64,000 nt of DNA. Origin: Chrysomallon squamiferum. Taxonomy: Eukaryota; Animalia; Mollusca. Below are positions 12,201 through 24,799 of the stretch, piece by piece. Under the pieces are notes generated by a model. That model did not search any database and was not told where the DNA came from. It worked only from the letters and a program-made list of their open reading frames with translations. The stretch lies in assembly GCA_012295275.1 (NCBI GenBank), contig CM022673.1, positions 21,638,001 through 21,702,000 on the forward strand. The letters are read 5' to 3'. The position numbers and the translations under genes were made by a program. The stretch's first letter is position 1, and each line of letters starts with the position of its first letter.

Positions 12201-15200
12201 TATCTTAGTATATTTAATACTCATACATATTCCTATCTTAGTATATTTAATACTCATACATATTCCTATCTTAGTATATTTAATACTCATACAGATCCTA
12301 TCTTAGTATATTTAATACTCATACAGATTCCTATCTTAGTATATTTAATACTCATACATATTCCTATCTTAGTATATTTAATACAGATTCCTATCTAAGT
12401 ATATTTAATACAGATTCCTATCTAAGTATATTTAATACAGATTCCTATCTAAGTATATTTAATACAGATTCCTATCTAAGTATATTTAATACAGATTCCT
12501 ATCTAAGTATATTTAATACTCATACAGATTCCTATCTAAGTATATTTAATACAGATTCCTATCTAAGTATATTTAATACAGATTCCTATCTAAGTATATT
12601 TAATACAGATTCCTATCTAAGTATATTTAATACAGATTCCTATCTAGGCTGTTTGGTGTTTTATCGCACACATTTTTTCTGTGGTGTTTTAGCCTACTCG
12701 GTCTGACGTTCGTGGCTGGATCATTCACCCGTTTTCGGAACGCAACCCGTGGTGGTTGTACATCGGCGCAGGAGTCCCAGCCATCATCGCCACCATCCTC
12801 ATCTTCATGGACCAGCAGATCACAGCGGTCATTGTGAACAGGAAAGAAAACAAACTGAAGGTAACTCGAAAGTCTTACTCAGTTTGACATTACGTATTCG
12901 TATTTCATAAACAACTGAATATTTGTGCATGTGTGTGTGCATGTGTGTGTGTGTGTGTGTATGTGTGTGTGTGTTTGTGTGTCTTCTAAATGACATATAA
13001 AGACAAAAATATACAGAAATATTTATAGTCCACATGTCTCGGTTAATATTTTCTATAAAACCAAACATCTCGAGTTTTCTAACTAGGAATAATTATTTGC
13101 CAAAGTAGTTCATCGTAACTGTCATAATACGTACATGTTTATGTTGGCATGTATATCTGCGTTTGAATATCTACATAACCGCACGTACAAACAAATACAC
13201 AAATTTTCCTTTTTTTCAAATTTATATTTATAAATACGGTTATAATTTACTCATTTTTAAAATTTTGTTTAAAATGTACTTATTTGTAGTAGATAAGGTT
13301 TCACTGTTTAAAATGTATTTATTTGTAGTAGATAAGGTTTTACTGTTTAAAATGTACTTATTTGTAGTAGATACGGTTTTACTGTTTAAAATGTACTTAT
13401 TTGCAGTAGATACGGTTTTACTGTTTAAAATGTATTTAGTTGTAGTAGATAAGGTTTTACTGTTTAAAATGTACTTATTTGCAGTAGATAAGGTTTTACT
13501 GTTTAAAATGTATTTATCTGTAGTAGATAAGGTTTTAGTGTTTAAAATGTATTTATCTGTAGTAGATAAGGTTTCACTGTTTAACATGTATTTATCTGTA
13601 GTAGATAATGTTTTACTGTTTTACATGTATTTATCTGTAGTAGATAAGGTTTTACTGTTTAACATGTATTTATCTGTAGTAGATAAGGTTTTACTGTTTA
13701 ACATGTATTTATCTGTGGTAGATAAGGTTTCACTGTTTAACATGTATTTATCTGTGGTAGATAAGGTTTCACTGTTTAACATGTATTTATCTGTAGTAGA
13801 TAAGGTTTTACTGTTTAACATGTATTTATCTGTAGTAGATAAGGTTTTAAACATGCACTCACTGTTCACAGAAAGGCAAGGGGTATCATCTGGACTTGTT
13901 GGTAGTAGCAGTGCTCGTCCTCGCTCACTCGTTTCTGGGGCTGCCCTGGTACGTGGCTGCCACTGTGTCTGCCATCGCTCACATTCAGAGTCTACGGAAA
14001 GAGTCAGAATGTACTGCCCCTGGAGAACGTCCAACATTCCTCGGTGTAAGGTATGAAACTATATTTTGAGTCAGTCAAAGGGCAGCATTAGCAGTTTGGT
14101 AATATTTCTAGTTTAAAAGTTGATATTACCATTTATTCTGAATCATAATTGCAGTTGTAATTTGAAAAATTTAAAGAAGTCTGCTTATAATCTTAGCTTT
14201 ATTCTGAAGAGCAAAACTGAAAGAGTAATAACATAATTATTAAAATCTAATTTCATTTGGTAAAGGAAGAACTTTCATGGTTTAAAATTCAAAACAAATT
14301 TAGTTTTTACCAACCTGATAAACTAAAGCTTTTTTCGTATATTCTAAGATGAAAAAAAAAAGAGTGTTGTTGCTATAGTTTATTTAAATAATATTTTCTA
14401 GAGAACAACGAGTTACTGGTTTAGTTGTTGGCATTCTCAGTGGTATCGCTGTTCTTATCACAAACGTGCTTGGGGTAAGTTATAAATACACGATATATAC
14501 TTATCATCGAAAATATATATATATATCAAAATCTGCAGTAATTTATATCTTACTACTAAACCAAAAGAGTTTTTATCAAATAGTAAAGTTGTACTTTGTT
14601 TTCATTGCTCACCAATTTATTTTACATAATATGTTACACGTTTGTTTTTGTTTATATGTCAGTTTGATCAAGTGTTTTATGAAAGTTTATTTACAATAGT
14701 TATGTAATTCTGATAGTTTACTTATAACATACAGACTTCTTGTCATTCTCTTTCAGGTTATACCAATGCCTGTATTGTACGGAATCTTTCTTTACATGGG
14801 TTTCTCTGCCCTTTTTGGAATGCAGGTAAAAGATAATAAGCGATTCATAAATTTCTTTAGCATTAATTCAAATACTGTTTCACATAATATATAGGGAGGA
14901 TCGTCGCTTAAAAACGCTCAGACAGAGCGCAACAGATAGGCCAGTCGAGTTATTTCTCGTTCCAGCCAGCGTTCAACGAACAGTTTAACAAAAGTAACTG
15001 TATGTACAGTCCTGTCTAAAGGAGAAGAATTTCTAATTTCTTTTAGCAAATTAAATAAATCTAAACCTTAATCTATACATTTATAACTTCATGTAAACGT
15101 TGATTAAAAGTGTCGCTTCTTAGTAAGATCTGACGACTCACTGTTTTGTTTCTTGTTTTCAGTTTATTGACAGACTACTGCTGTTTTTGATGCCAGTCAA

Positions 15201-16219
15201 GTATCAGCCAGACCACATTTACCTCCGCCATGTTCCTCTGTGGAGAGTTCACATTTTTACAGCAATCCAGCTCTTCTGCCTAGCAGCGCTGTGGGTCGTG
15301 AAGAGCATCAAGACAATCTCCATAGCCTTCCCCTTACTCGTGAGATTTCTGTTTTACTGCTTACACTGACTCCTTATTTCAAACGCTTATTGATGTTTTT
15401 AGTAAGTGTGTGGAAGCACGTGAACACAGATGATCAGACACTGGAGCTTAAACACGAACACACTTCGATTTTATTATTACTTTTACATTCAAGTTCGTGT
15501 GCTTTAAAGTAAACCTGTTAAAAGCACAATATTCAATTTATTTGAACTGCGATTGTATTTGTCATGAATACAAATTTTACTTGTTTTCATACATTTCCTT
15601 ATATATTAAAAATGTTATCAAAGACAAGCTTTTCGTTTTAAAACATTTCCAGTTATATTTATTAGTTTGTTAATATTACTATTTTTTTCCTCCAAATCAC
15701 GCAGAATATATGATTTATTAGGTTCATTGAATTTAAATCTGTAAAAAGAAATTTCAACCTAATTAGAATCTAATGTATTTGATTATGAAAATTGCAGGTC
15801 GTCTTCACTGGAATTGTGAGAAAATTACTGGAATGTTTCTTTACTCAGTACGAACTGAAATATTTAGACGACATCCTACCATCAATGAAAATGAAAAAGA
15901 ACGATAAAGAAGATACAGTAAGTGAAATGGTATTATATCCCGTTTTTCTTTATTTATAGATTACAATTAATACTTTTCGTTTTAATCTGAAGAGATTCTA
16001 AGTGAAATATATATATATATATATATATATATTATTTCATTTTTTTGTTTATTTTTTCAGAAGCCGATCAAAAAGGAGAATGGAAATCCAGTGTACCTCG
16101 GTGATGAGGACGTTGTGAGTGTGATAGGCGAGAAGAAACCCGCCTTTTACGTTGGAGGAAGTCAAGAATTTTCTAAAACTAACGCGTACACTAACAGCGC
16201 ATTTGACACCAAGATGTGA
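1478..16219 (+). CDS. SLC4-family sodium-coupled bicarbonate transporter (NBC/NDCBE, SLC4A4/7/8/10-like), about 1068 aa, 20 coding exons
   Basis: Hand-spliced GT-AG exons: 1478-1559, 5233-5316, 5758-5932, 6397-6557, 7354-7497, 7971-8071, 8425-8670, 8889-9035, 9393-9508, 9851-10025, 10252-10385, 10944-11526, 11912-12025, 12693-12860, 13872-14050, 14402-14474, 14757-14825, 15163-15339, 15798-15917, 16061-16219 (3207 nt, phases consistent). Hallmark peptides: [131 protein letters not shown] points to the Na+-coupled clade rather than the AE clade. The first two exons are less certain than the rest. Exact paralog cannot be assigned by eye. Confidence 0.93.
1790..1972. repeat. (TTTA)n microsatellite
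   Basis: Long imperfect TTTA/TTTG run directly upstream of the candidate microexon. Confidence 0.9.
2011..2022 (+). CDS. Candidate 12-nt microexon of the SLC4 gene
   Basis: tgtttttcag|GTGTTGATCATG|gtaaga: strong acceptor and donor, phase 1/1, no stop, compatible with flanking exons 1 and 2. Confidence 0.5.
2321..2412. repeat. Compound (TTA)n(TTG)n microsatellite
   Basis: Direct reading. Confidence 0.9.
2624..2641 (+). CDS. Candidate 18-nt microexon of the SLC4 gene
   Basis: acattag|ATCAGGACTGCCATGCAG|gtgaag: phase 1/1, open (xDQDCHA), a GC-richer island in an AT-rich intron. Splice sites are weaker than at 2011-2022. Confidence 0.35.
3080..3180. repeat. Compound (TAGA)n(TAAA)n(CAGA)n microsatellite
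   Basis: Direct reading. Confidence 0.9.
4660..4748. repeat. Compound (TA)n(GA)n microsatellite
   Basis: Direct reading. Confidence 0.95.
7800..7918. repeat. Compound (TAAAA)n(TAA)n(CAA)n microsatellite
   Basis: Direct reading; source of the poly-Y/C/I/V ORFs. Confidence 0.9.
12097..12646. repeat. Intronic minisatellite with 33-bp and 27-bp unit variants
   Basis: About 8 copies of ATTCCTATCTTAGTATATTTAATACTCATACAG, then about 10 copies of ATTCCTATCTAAGTATATTTAATACAG. Explains the spurious ORFs at 12045-12398. Confidence 0.95.
13266..13855. repeat. Intronic minisatellite, 39-bp unit, about 15 copies
   Basis: Unit TGTTTAAAATGTATTTATCTGTAGTAGATAAGGTTTTAC. Explains the 13-aa periodic ORFs at 13163-14056, 13240-13587 and 13621-14037. 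Confidence 0.95.
14948..15017 (+). mobile_element. Degenerate SINE-like fragment
   Basis: TATTTCTCGTTCCAGCCAG...AACAAAAG...TATGTACAGTCCTGTCT resembles, from memory and not from a search, the body of an abundant gastropod SINE. Short and diverged. Confidence 0.4.
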
Positions 16220-17106
16220 TCAGACTTGTGAGTAATGTGGCTATTCCATCGCTGCAGACTTTATCAATGTTACGTGGAATGAACAAATAAATAAAATACA
16301 ACAACGTAACATCCAGCAAGACTCGAGGAAAAAAACAACAACAAAAAACAAATAAAAAATAAAAAAAATATATCCATCGTTATGGAAGAGACAAATATAC
16401 AGAAATTATCATTCTAACTGTAACCAACGACTTCATTACGTTCCCTTACACACATATATTCATTATTTACTAAATATATTAACCAGGAAGAGAAACATTT
16501 ATTTCACAAGAATAATATTCGAAATATTGGAAGAAAGATTATGAACATGTGAGGAGTTTAAGAGCTAAACTGGGAGTAATAACGGCTGTGTCAAATTCTA
16601 TTTCAGAATTCGATACTTTGTCAACTGCCTCTAAAAACAACAAAATACGTAAATACATAAATAAGTAAATACATAAATAAGTAAATACACAAATAAGTAA
16701 ATAAATGCTGACTACCTGATCTGGAAGAGTTTTGCCCAACCTATTCAAGCTATGATTAGAATATAACATTTAGGAATTCTAAAAAAAAAAAAAATATATA
16801 GTTAAGTAAAATAATCTAAAAATAATAATAATAATAATAAATAAAAATTTTGTTTTCGATATTTAATTTATGAAACAATTTATTTTGTGGAAGAGAACCA
16901 ATGAAATAAATAAAAGCTGAACTCAAACCCATAATTAACGAGCATTTTAAAACAGAATAGATTTGTTTATTAGTCTTTTTCATTGTTCTTATTATTATTT
17001 ATTTATTTATATCTCTTCTTGTTTTTTCAAAAATTTGGAAAGGAAATTTAATAAATTTAGATTCTACCTCGTCTTTCAGCTTTTAACGCACACAGGTGAC
17101 AATTTA

Positions 17107-17162
<56 letters not shown>

Positions 17163-17412
17163 TCAGTTTATGCTGTTGCTTTTATTTTTGAATGAACATT
17201 CAAAATTAACAAGTTCTTACCATGACTTATATTTTTATACAAGTTATATTATAATCATTTTCTGAATATATAAATTTTGAGATTTGCTTTAACAAACCAC
17301 CAATATTTTGATCGCATATTTTATTTATTGTTTTTAAATATCTAATGAGTGTTTCAGATTATTTGCGAATAGCTTAATAAATATATTATTAATTTATTAC
17401 ATAGGTTGCAGG

Positions 17413-17457
<45 letters not shown>

Positions 17458-17898
17458 CAAAAATAAAATACTGAGGTAATATTTAAAATAAACCCGTTTT
17501 AAAACTCTTTAGTCTGCAAGGGCAATTCTTTATATGACCGACTGTAACAGTATAATCATGGCAAGATAATATGTGTAAATAGATAAGAATATTGTAAATA
17601 TAAGGAGTTTAACTCACTGGAATACAGACATCTGCACAGAAGCAGCAATTGGAGAAATTAATTTTAACCAAAGTGCTAATATTTTGTATTATTATATTTT
17701 CTATGCATTGACTAACATTTTAAAAAGTGCCTCAACACTTGTGTACGTAAATATGTATGCTATTGTAACAAATCAGAATAATTAAATAATAATGCAATTA
17801 TTGTTTCATGATAAATATTATTTTTAAAAATATATCTGTGATGTTTTCAGCTGGAGGTAGATTATATGTCTCTGAACAGTACTGGATTCGATAATAAA

Positions 17899-17899
<1 letters not shown>

Positions 17900-17950
<51 letters not shown>

Positions 17951-17982
17951 TTATATGAATTAACTTTTAAATTCTGTTACAA

Positions 17983-18034
<52 letters not shown>

Positions 18035-18071
18035 TTATTTTAAATGAATTAACTTTTAAATTCTGTTACAA

Positions 18072-18122
<51 letters not shown>
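17900..18122. repeat. (TTA)n array with a duplicated 32-bp spacer
   Basis: ATGAATTAACTTTTAAATTCTGTTACAATTTT at 17955-17986 and 18044-18075, between three (TTA)n tracts. Confidence 0.9.
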
Positions 18123-18123
<1 letters not shown>

Positions 18124-19591
18124 TTAAAATAAGCAGTACATATATATTATCACATAGTTTTCAAAATGCAGTTTGTGTATGTATGAAAAGAAGATAATGT
18201 ATTTGTATATATTTATGTCACTTATTCAGAGAATAAAGATAATTTAAAAGAAAAAGAAAAGAAAAAACGGGTTGATTATTATTATTATTATTATTTAACT
18301 GTCGTTGTCCGTCTTTTTGTTATTATGTCCAAGTTATTTTTTGTTGTTGCTGCTACTGATACTGATGCTCTTTATCCATCCATCTATATATCTATTTTTC
18401 TCCATCTATCTATCTGCATGTAAGTATGTAAATGTATAGATTTATGTATAATATATACATACACATACATACATACATAGTACATACGTATATTACATAC
18501 ATTTACTACATACATTTACACATACACTATATATATATATTGACGGAGAAAAATAGTTAATATACACATATATATATATATACACACACATACACACACA
18601 CACCCAACACACACACACACATACACACACAATTCAGTCACATCATTAAAATCAATATGTCATTTTTCTTCCTTTTGGTTTCATTCGTTCTATATTATGT
18701 ATTTAAATGTATGCAACGTAAAACAAAGTGTCACATATTCAAATAAATAAATAAATAGTGTCATAGTAAAATACATGACATGATGAACAGTATTACGAAA
18801 TGTGTTAAAATAGTAGAAAAGGTGAACAGTGACAGATTAAAATTGACAGAGGAACAGACAGACACATATAGAGAGGCAAACAGCTAAACTCACAGAGAAA
18901 TAGATTAAGGATATACTGTTTTATCTTGCAGGATAAGGATGTTTTGGAAGTTTAAAATATCAGTAATCGTATTTCCTGCAAGGAAAAATCGATGTAAATT
19001 TATATAATAATAATTTTTAAAAAAAGTATTACACTTTAAACATTTTTTAAAATACCTTCTTTGGTAACAAATGAAAAACTGAACGCAAAATAGCTTTTTA
19101 AAGATAAGGCGAAAACATTTAAAAAGCTGCTGACGCATTATATTGGTACATTATGTATGTGTCATGATGTCTTATAACGATATAACGAACAGAAGTATGA
19201 TCGAAAAAGAAAACTCGACGAATGTTTCAGTAATAAAGAGTTATTATTGTTAATGAGTAATTTTTGATTTCTTTAAGATGATGATGATCAGTGTTATTTT
19301 ATTATTGTTGTTATTGTTGTACTAATAGCAGCAGCAGCAGCATAGTAGTAGTAGTAGTAGTAGTAGTACTAATGTTCGTATGTTGTTACTTGTTTTCTTG
19401 CTCTTCTTGTTAATAAGGAATCTTCCACGAACTATTCTGCTTGACTACAAATATATTTAACTCTCCGGTATTTTGTAAAAAGAATTTGTAAATCATAATT
19501 TTTAATTATTTAAAAGGAAGTTCATTACAGATTTATTTATACCATTTTCCTGATATCTGATACATTCCTAAAACATTTCACTTTAATAATT

Positions 19592-19641
<50 letters not shown>

Positions 19642-19823
19642 CGATGATTATGATAATTAATTAATTAATTATCTTGGAAAATATAATATTAGAGAAGCAG
19701 TTGTCATCTTAATATAATTTACCAATAGAGAAGAAATGACGTTTTATTAATACCTCGAAAATGGCAGGTGGAGCTGCGTTGATTCAGGCGATACTACGTA
19801 GGAAAAATACAACATCCGTTTGG

Positions 19824-19857
19824 CCTCTTTTTGTGACAAACTTCCTGGCTAAGTGAG
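19824..19857 (+). promoter_or_regulatory. RPL27: RPL27 TCT-type initiator / 5'TOP non-coding first exon
   Basis: CCTCTTTTT pyrimidine initiator at 19824-19832 in a CpG-containing patch, followed by donor-like GTGAGG (19853) or GTGCGA (19858). The ATG exon at 20976 has an acceptor two bases before the ATG, as is typical of ribosomal protein genes. Confidence 0.7.
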
Positions 19858-20483
19858 GTGCGATATTTGGTGTGATTTTAATCGTATAGCATCTGCATGT
19901 CAGCAACATTAATTATAATTATTTTGACTGTTTAACAGTTGCTACATATATATTTAAACATCTCTGATGATTATTTCGTATATTACATATTTATTTCAAT
20001 AAAATAAATTCGTGGAACCGAGGTAATAGTGAACGAGAAGTATCTCCCTATTCATAACTTTTCCAAATTTAATCGCTCACTGTTACGTGCCAAAGACGTC
20101 TTATATTTGAAAGTAATACATTAAATGCAAGTAATTATCAGTATGTTGGAATTGACAGGTTTTCTGAAGTAAAAGAATCTGTGTAAAGACGTTAAACTAT
20201 TTACTTGGTATTTCGATGATTTCCATTCAGCATTCCCAATTCAGCATTTCCCAAAGTTAAACATTCATAATCTCTCGTTACATTGTAAACTGATATCATC
20301 ACTAATATAAAATATAAATTATTTGCCATACCTAGTCACCATCGTTAGGGTTTTGAAGACATACACTTGATACAGTGGACGAGTGGTGTCCATGTAGTAG
20401 ATGTACGTGTGAATTTTGTAAATATTGAAACAATGAAACATACTTATAATACTATGAATCTTTGCACTGATTTGTTTACTGCA

Positions 20484-20514
<31 letters not shown>

Positions 20515-20977
20515 GTACTTGTCTATGGTGGTTGTGGCTTGTCAAACCAAAACAGCTGATAAGTTGCTGTCTGCATTTATCATCATACATGATAGTTCTC
20601 TTCACTGATTCAGTGACTGATTCATCATTCAGATGGTGAACATTAAACTGATAAAGATGTTGTTCATTTTTAAATGAAATGAGGCCTGTCTAGTTTTGCA
20701 TTTTGTTCCTTTTTTACAATATGTTTACATTACTGGTTAAGATTTTATTATAACTGAATTTGTTTTATTTTTTTCACTGTTTTGATGGGCATCAGACTTT
20801 ATTATGATTCATATTTGGAAACATTTGGCAGTTTTAATTCAATTGCATTTTTAGTTTCTAAATGTATTGATATAAGACAGTTGTTTAAATTGGCTGTTAA
20901 AGTTACTGTAACCATGAAATTACTAACACTTAGCAGTAGCAGTCCAAAAGTAATTTTTTTATTTTTCCTTTTCAGCC

Positions 20978-23900
20978 ATGGGTAAGTTTATGAAATCGGG
21001 GAAGGTGGTTCTTGTGTTAGGTGGTCGGTTTGCAGGACGTAAGGCTGTTATTGTCAAGGTAAGTTCAGATAATTACAGGCTTGTTTGTTTTTTCAGCAAG
21101 ATGATTACAAAGCAGTTGATAATTTTCAGTTTTTGACCTGTTTCTCCAGAAAAGTTTTTAAGCTAACCATAATAGAACATGGCATTGATATTCTAGTTAA
21201 TTTGGTTATACGATCCAAAGTATATTGTAATTTATAAAACTCATTACTAAATAGAATTTTTAGTCAGAACTGTTTACAGTGGCCGCTTCTTTTGTTTTGG
21301 TTAGTTGTTGGTGGAGATTTCATTCTGTTTTCATTATTACATTAAATAACAGTAAAAGTACATACATTTTACTAATTCATTAGTGCATAATTATTAAATA
21401 TTACTCATACAATTTTAATTAAATGTTCTTTATTCATTAAGCTAATACTTGTCTTAAATGTATAATTTTATGAACCATTAAAAAAAATGAATTGTTATAA
21501 AATTACTGCATTGTTTCTCATTCTAATAATTAGCTAAATCTTCACTTTTTTTAAAACTGTTAAGGAAGAACATCTGTTTTATATTGCTTAAATGTAATAA
21601 AAGCAACTTGTTTGATAATGATTTAAAAAATGGATTGTTTACATTGTACATGCACACTAAAGTGTTATATTTTAATGTTATTAATAAGAATTGTTTGGAC
21701 TTTATTACAAAGAACTACGATGAAGGTACACAAGATAAAGCTTATAGCCATGCTCTTGTTGCTGGAATTGAAAGGTATCCTCGCAAGGTGACCAGGAAAA
21801 TGGGAAAGAAGAAGATAAAGAACCGATCAAAAATAAAAACTTTCCTGAGAGTCTACAACTATAATCATCTGATGCCTACTAGGTAAGTTATTTTTACAAT
21901 AACTTTAACCTTCAACAAAATAAATTTACAATTTTCACATAAACTGATGAAATATGTCAAATTCGGTACTCTAACAAGTTCACAAGCAGTAAAATAATAT
22001 AAAAAAAACTGGGTTTATGAAATTAATTAGTGGAACAGCTTGATCATAAATAGCCTGACAGAAATTAAAACTTGTTAAAATGAATTGAACAATTCACAAG
22101 AATAACACTTATCCTTTCATATATGTAGGAACCGGCAGGCCAATTTTTTTTTTACTTCAATTTCCCCAAAAAGATAGCACAAAACAAAAAGAATGAAAAC
22201 ACACAAAAAATTATGACTCTATCTCCAGCAGTTAAAAAGATACATGCAAATTGGTACAACAGGTATTTGGTTGGTTTTCAACCCTATTTTGGCTAATTCG
22301 CAGAAAGGGCTACTTTGGCCAACTGTAGTTTGAAAGTAATTGACGCAAAAAGCTGAAAATCAACGAGTGATGGGACACACTTGCTAAAGGAGCTCAATTT
22401 TTTTCAGACCTGTATGTTTGTATGTGTGTTTATAATAACATGCTAAACATGCCAAAAATCTTCAAAATGACACATGGCAAAATTACTAAAAATTCAAACA
22501 CACTGTGGTTTCAGTTTTTGTCTTATTTGAAAATTCAACCAGTGCTGTGAACAGTTTGTCAAGATCTTTCAGATGACATACTTGAATCTAACAATTTAAT
22601 AAAAACACATTTTTGTTTTTCTGCTAAGCCCATAAAAGAAATTACCTTTTCAATTTAAACAGAACAGAACAGCACAAATTTTATTTACATAAGCAGCTTT
22701 AATTATCACTATTAAATAATTGGTAGTAATATGTTAACATACTGTGATGTGTATATATCATATATATATATATAAATGTTACTTAAAAGGTCTACAAGCA
22801 TTTGATGTTTAACCATAATCCTTTGTAATACATAAACTCAGCTAATCCTTGTAGTCAACTCCAGAAAGGTGTTGCAAGTATTAATTAGGGACAATAAAAT
22901 TTATGTAATCATGACACTAGAGGCAATTAAAGACACAGGTGTTATAAGTCTATCATTTGAAACAAACATAAAATAATTTTCTTAGCTTTGTACTTGCTGT
23001 GATTTGACAGCAAACAAAAGTTACCTATCTGACCATTGTTGAAATTTTCTCCGATAGAGCTTATCAACAAGCAAAAATAATGTTTTAAAACTGATCAATT
23101 TATGATTTTATATTTTTAAAAAATTGATTAGATTTTTATTCAGCATTCCATCAATACCTCTGAATGTTTACGATTCTTAATTTGCCGTTTATCACAGAAA
23201 TTTTGAAAGCAAAATAATCAACAGTTTTAAATGGAAGATAGTAATCGGCAAAACAATGTTAGTTTATTTCAGAACCCGATTTTGCTATGCACATGCTCTA
23301 ATGTATATGCTAAAAGTAGGAACATTGAAGAAAAACAAATATTAAAAATATAAACAACATATAAATATAATCATTTTAAACAGCGTCATATCAAGATAGT
23401 TCAGTAAATGTTAAAATTTAATGTTGTCAGAGGGCAAAACAAAAATACAGGATTATAGCTATTATTTGAAGTACTTGTATTTAATGTGTGAATCTACATT
23501 TTAGGAATTGTTTAAAATAAAATGAATGCCGGCATTTCTTGTTTATATGAATCAGTCCATTTCACATCTATAAACTTCTCCCATTCATTTTGCAGATACT
23601 CTGTTGATGTTAATTTGGAAAAGAATTTGGTAAACAAAGATGCCTTCAGAGATCCTGCTTTAAAGAAAAAAGCCAGACGAGAAGTGAAAGCAAAATTTGA
23701 AGAAAGGTAAAATCAGTTTTAAGTTAACATTTACAGTGCACAGTACAAAGGTTTTTCCTTTATTATATTCATACCTCAAAATTTTATATTTGTATGAATT
23801 GTTTTCACAACACAATTAAAGTGTGGTACACTTACAGTACATATTTATTTACTTTTAATCTACATCATACAGTTGAGGCAGTGTGTGGCAGAAGAATGCA

Positions 23901-24783
23901 GTGGTTTTGTGATTTTTGATTTTTTGCCCATTTACGTCCCAGGCCATGTCTTTTTTTAGATCCGATACCTCAAGTTTCATTAAAAAAGTTATTTTTGATC
24001 AGTTAAAAATGCATTTACTTGAACTGCCTATTTACGTTTGAGGTTTTAGGCCCTACCTAATGATAAAATATTACATGTGCAACTGATCCAGGTTACCTCC
24101 CTTCTATTATTTCATAGTGTTTTTTTTTGTCATAACTAGGTCACATTCATATAATAACTAATTTTCTAAGCCTGCTATTCAGCAGAATGTTCTGTTATGG
24201 AATGTGAAGTGGAAAGTGCTCATCTATTTTATTCTAATGAATTTTGGCACACTTGCACATTAGTTTCTGGTTGACATTTCTAGAGATTTTGGTGGTATTT
24301 TTGATTGATTTCATTTTATAGAGAAGGATTGCTTAAAATGGAACACACTGACTTAAAAAAGAAAAATTAACAAGTGTGTGAACAAAAGAACTGTAGCATT
24401 GTCAACATAGGGTTCATTAAACTTGTTTACTTTAGCTATTCTAAAACTTAAAATTTAGTGCCTCACATTGCCTTAATGTATTTCAGAACTGATTTGGAAC
24501 ACCTTTCTAGCATTTTCCATTCGATGGTGTTCTATTATGTAATATTATTTTACACATGACTTTAAAATATTCTGAAAGGTGAAGTAGCACACGTTTGGAT
24601 AAATCTGAACAAACAAGTAAATATTGTCTTTGAATTTCACTTAAACGCTGAACTTTTGTTTATTGATGCAACTTTGAGTTAGTGTTGTTAAAGTAGTGTA
24701 GCAGCATTTTAAATATATTTATTTTATCTTTCAGATACAAGAGTGGCAAAAACAGATGGTTCTTTCAGAAGTTGAGGTTCTAG
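20978..24783 (+). CDS. RPL27: 60S ribosomal protein L27 (eL27), 136 aa
   Basis: Exons 20978-21058, 21713-21882 (AAG acceptor), 23596-23706, 24735-24783, total 411 nt. [33 protein letters not shown]...[14 protein letters not shown]...[20 protein letters not shown]. Confidence 0.98.
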
Positions 24784-24793
24784 TGTACAAGAC

Positions 24794-24799
24794 AATAAA
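24794..24799 (+). terminator. RPL27 polyadenylation signal
   Basis: AATAAA 10 nt after the stop, with T/GT-rich sequence downstream; short 3'UTR typical of ribosomal protein mRNAs. Confidence 0.7.

Noticed and set aside
12045-12398. Periodic ORFs and a CRISPR-like appearance
   Set aside because: Head-to-tail tandem units with no unique spacers, in a eukaryotic intron with no cas genes.
13163-14056. 297-aa ORF with a 13-aa repeat, looking like a repeat protein
   Set aside because: Translation of a 39-bp intronic minisatellite that runs out of frame into a real SLC4 exon; open on both strands only because the unit is a stop-free multiple of 3.
20210-20660. Possible box C/D snoRNAs in RPL27 intron 1 (TGA/CTGA motifs)
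   Set aside because: No good RTGATGA box C paired with CTGA and a terminal stem, and no recognisable rRNA antisense element.
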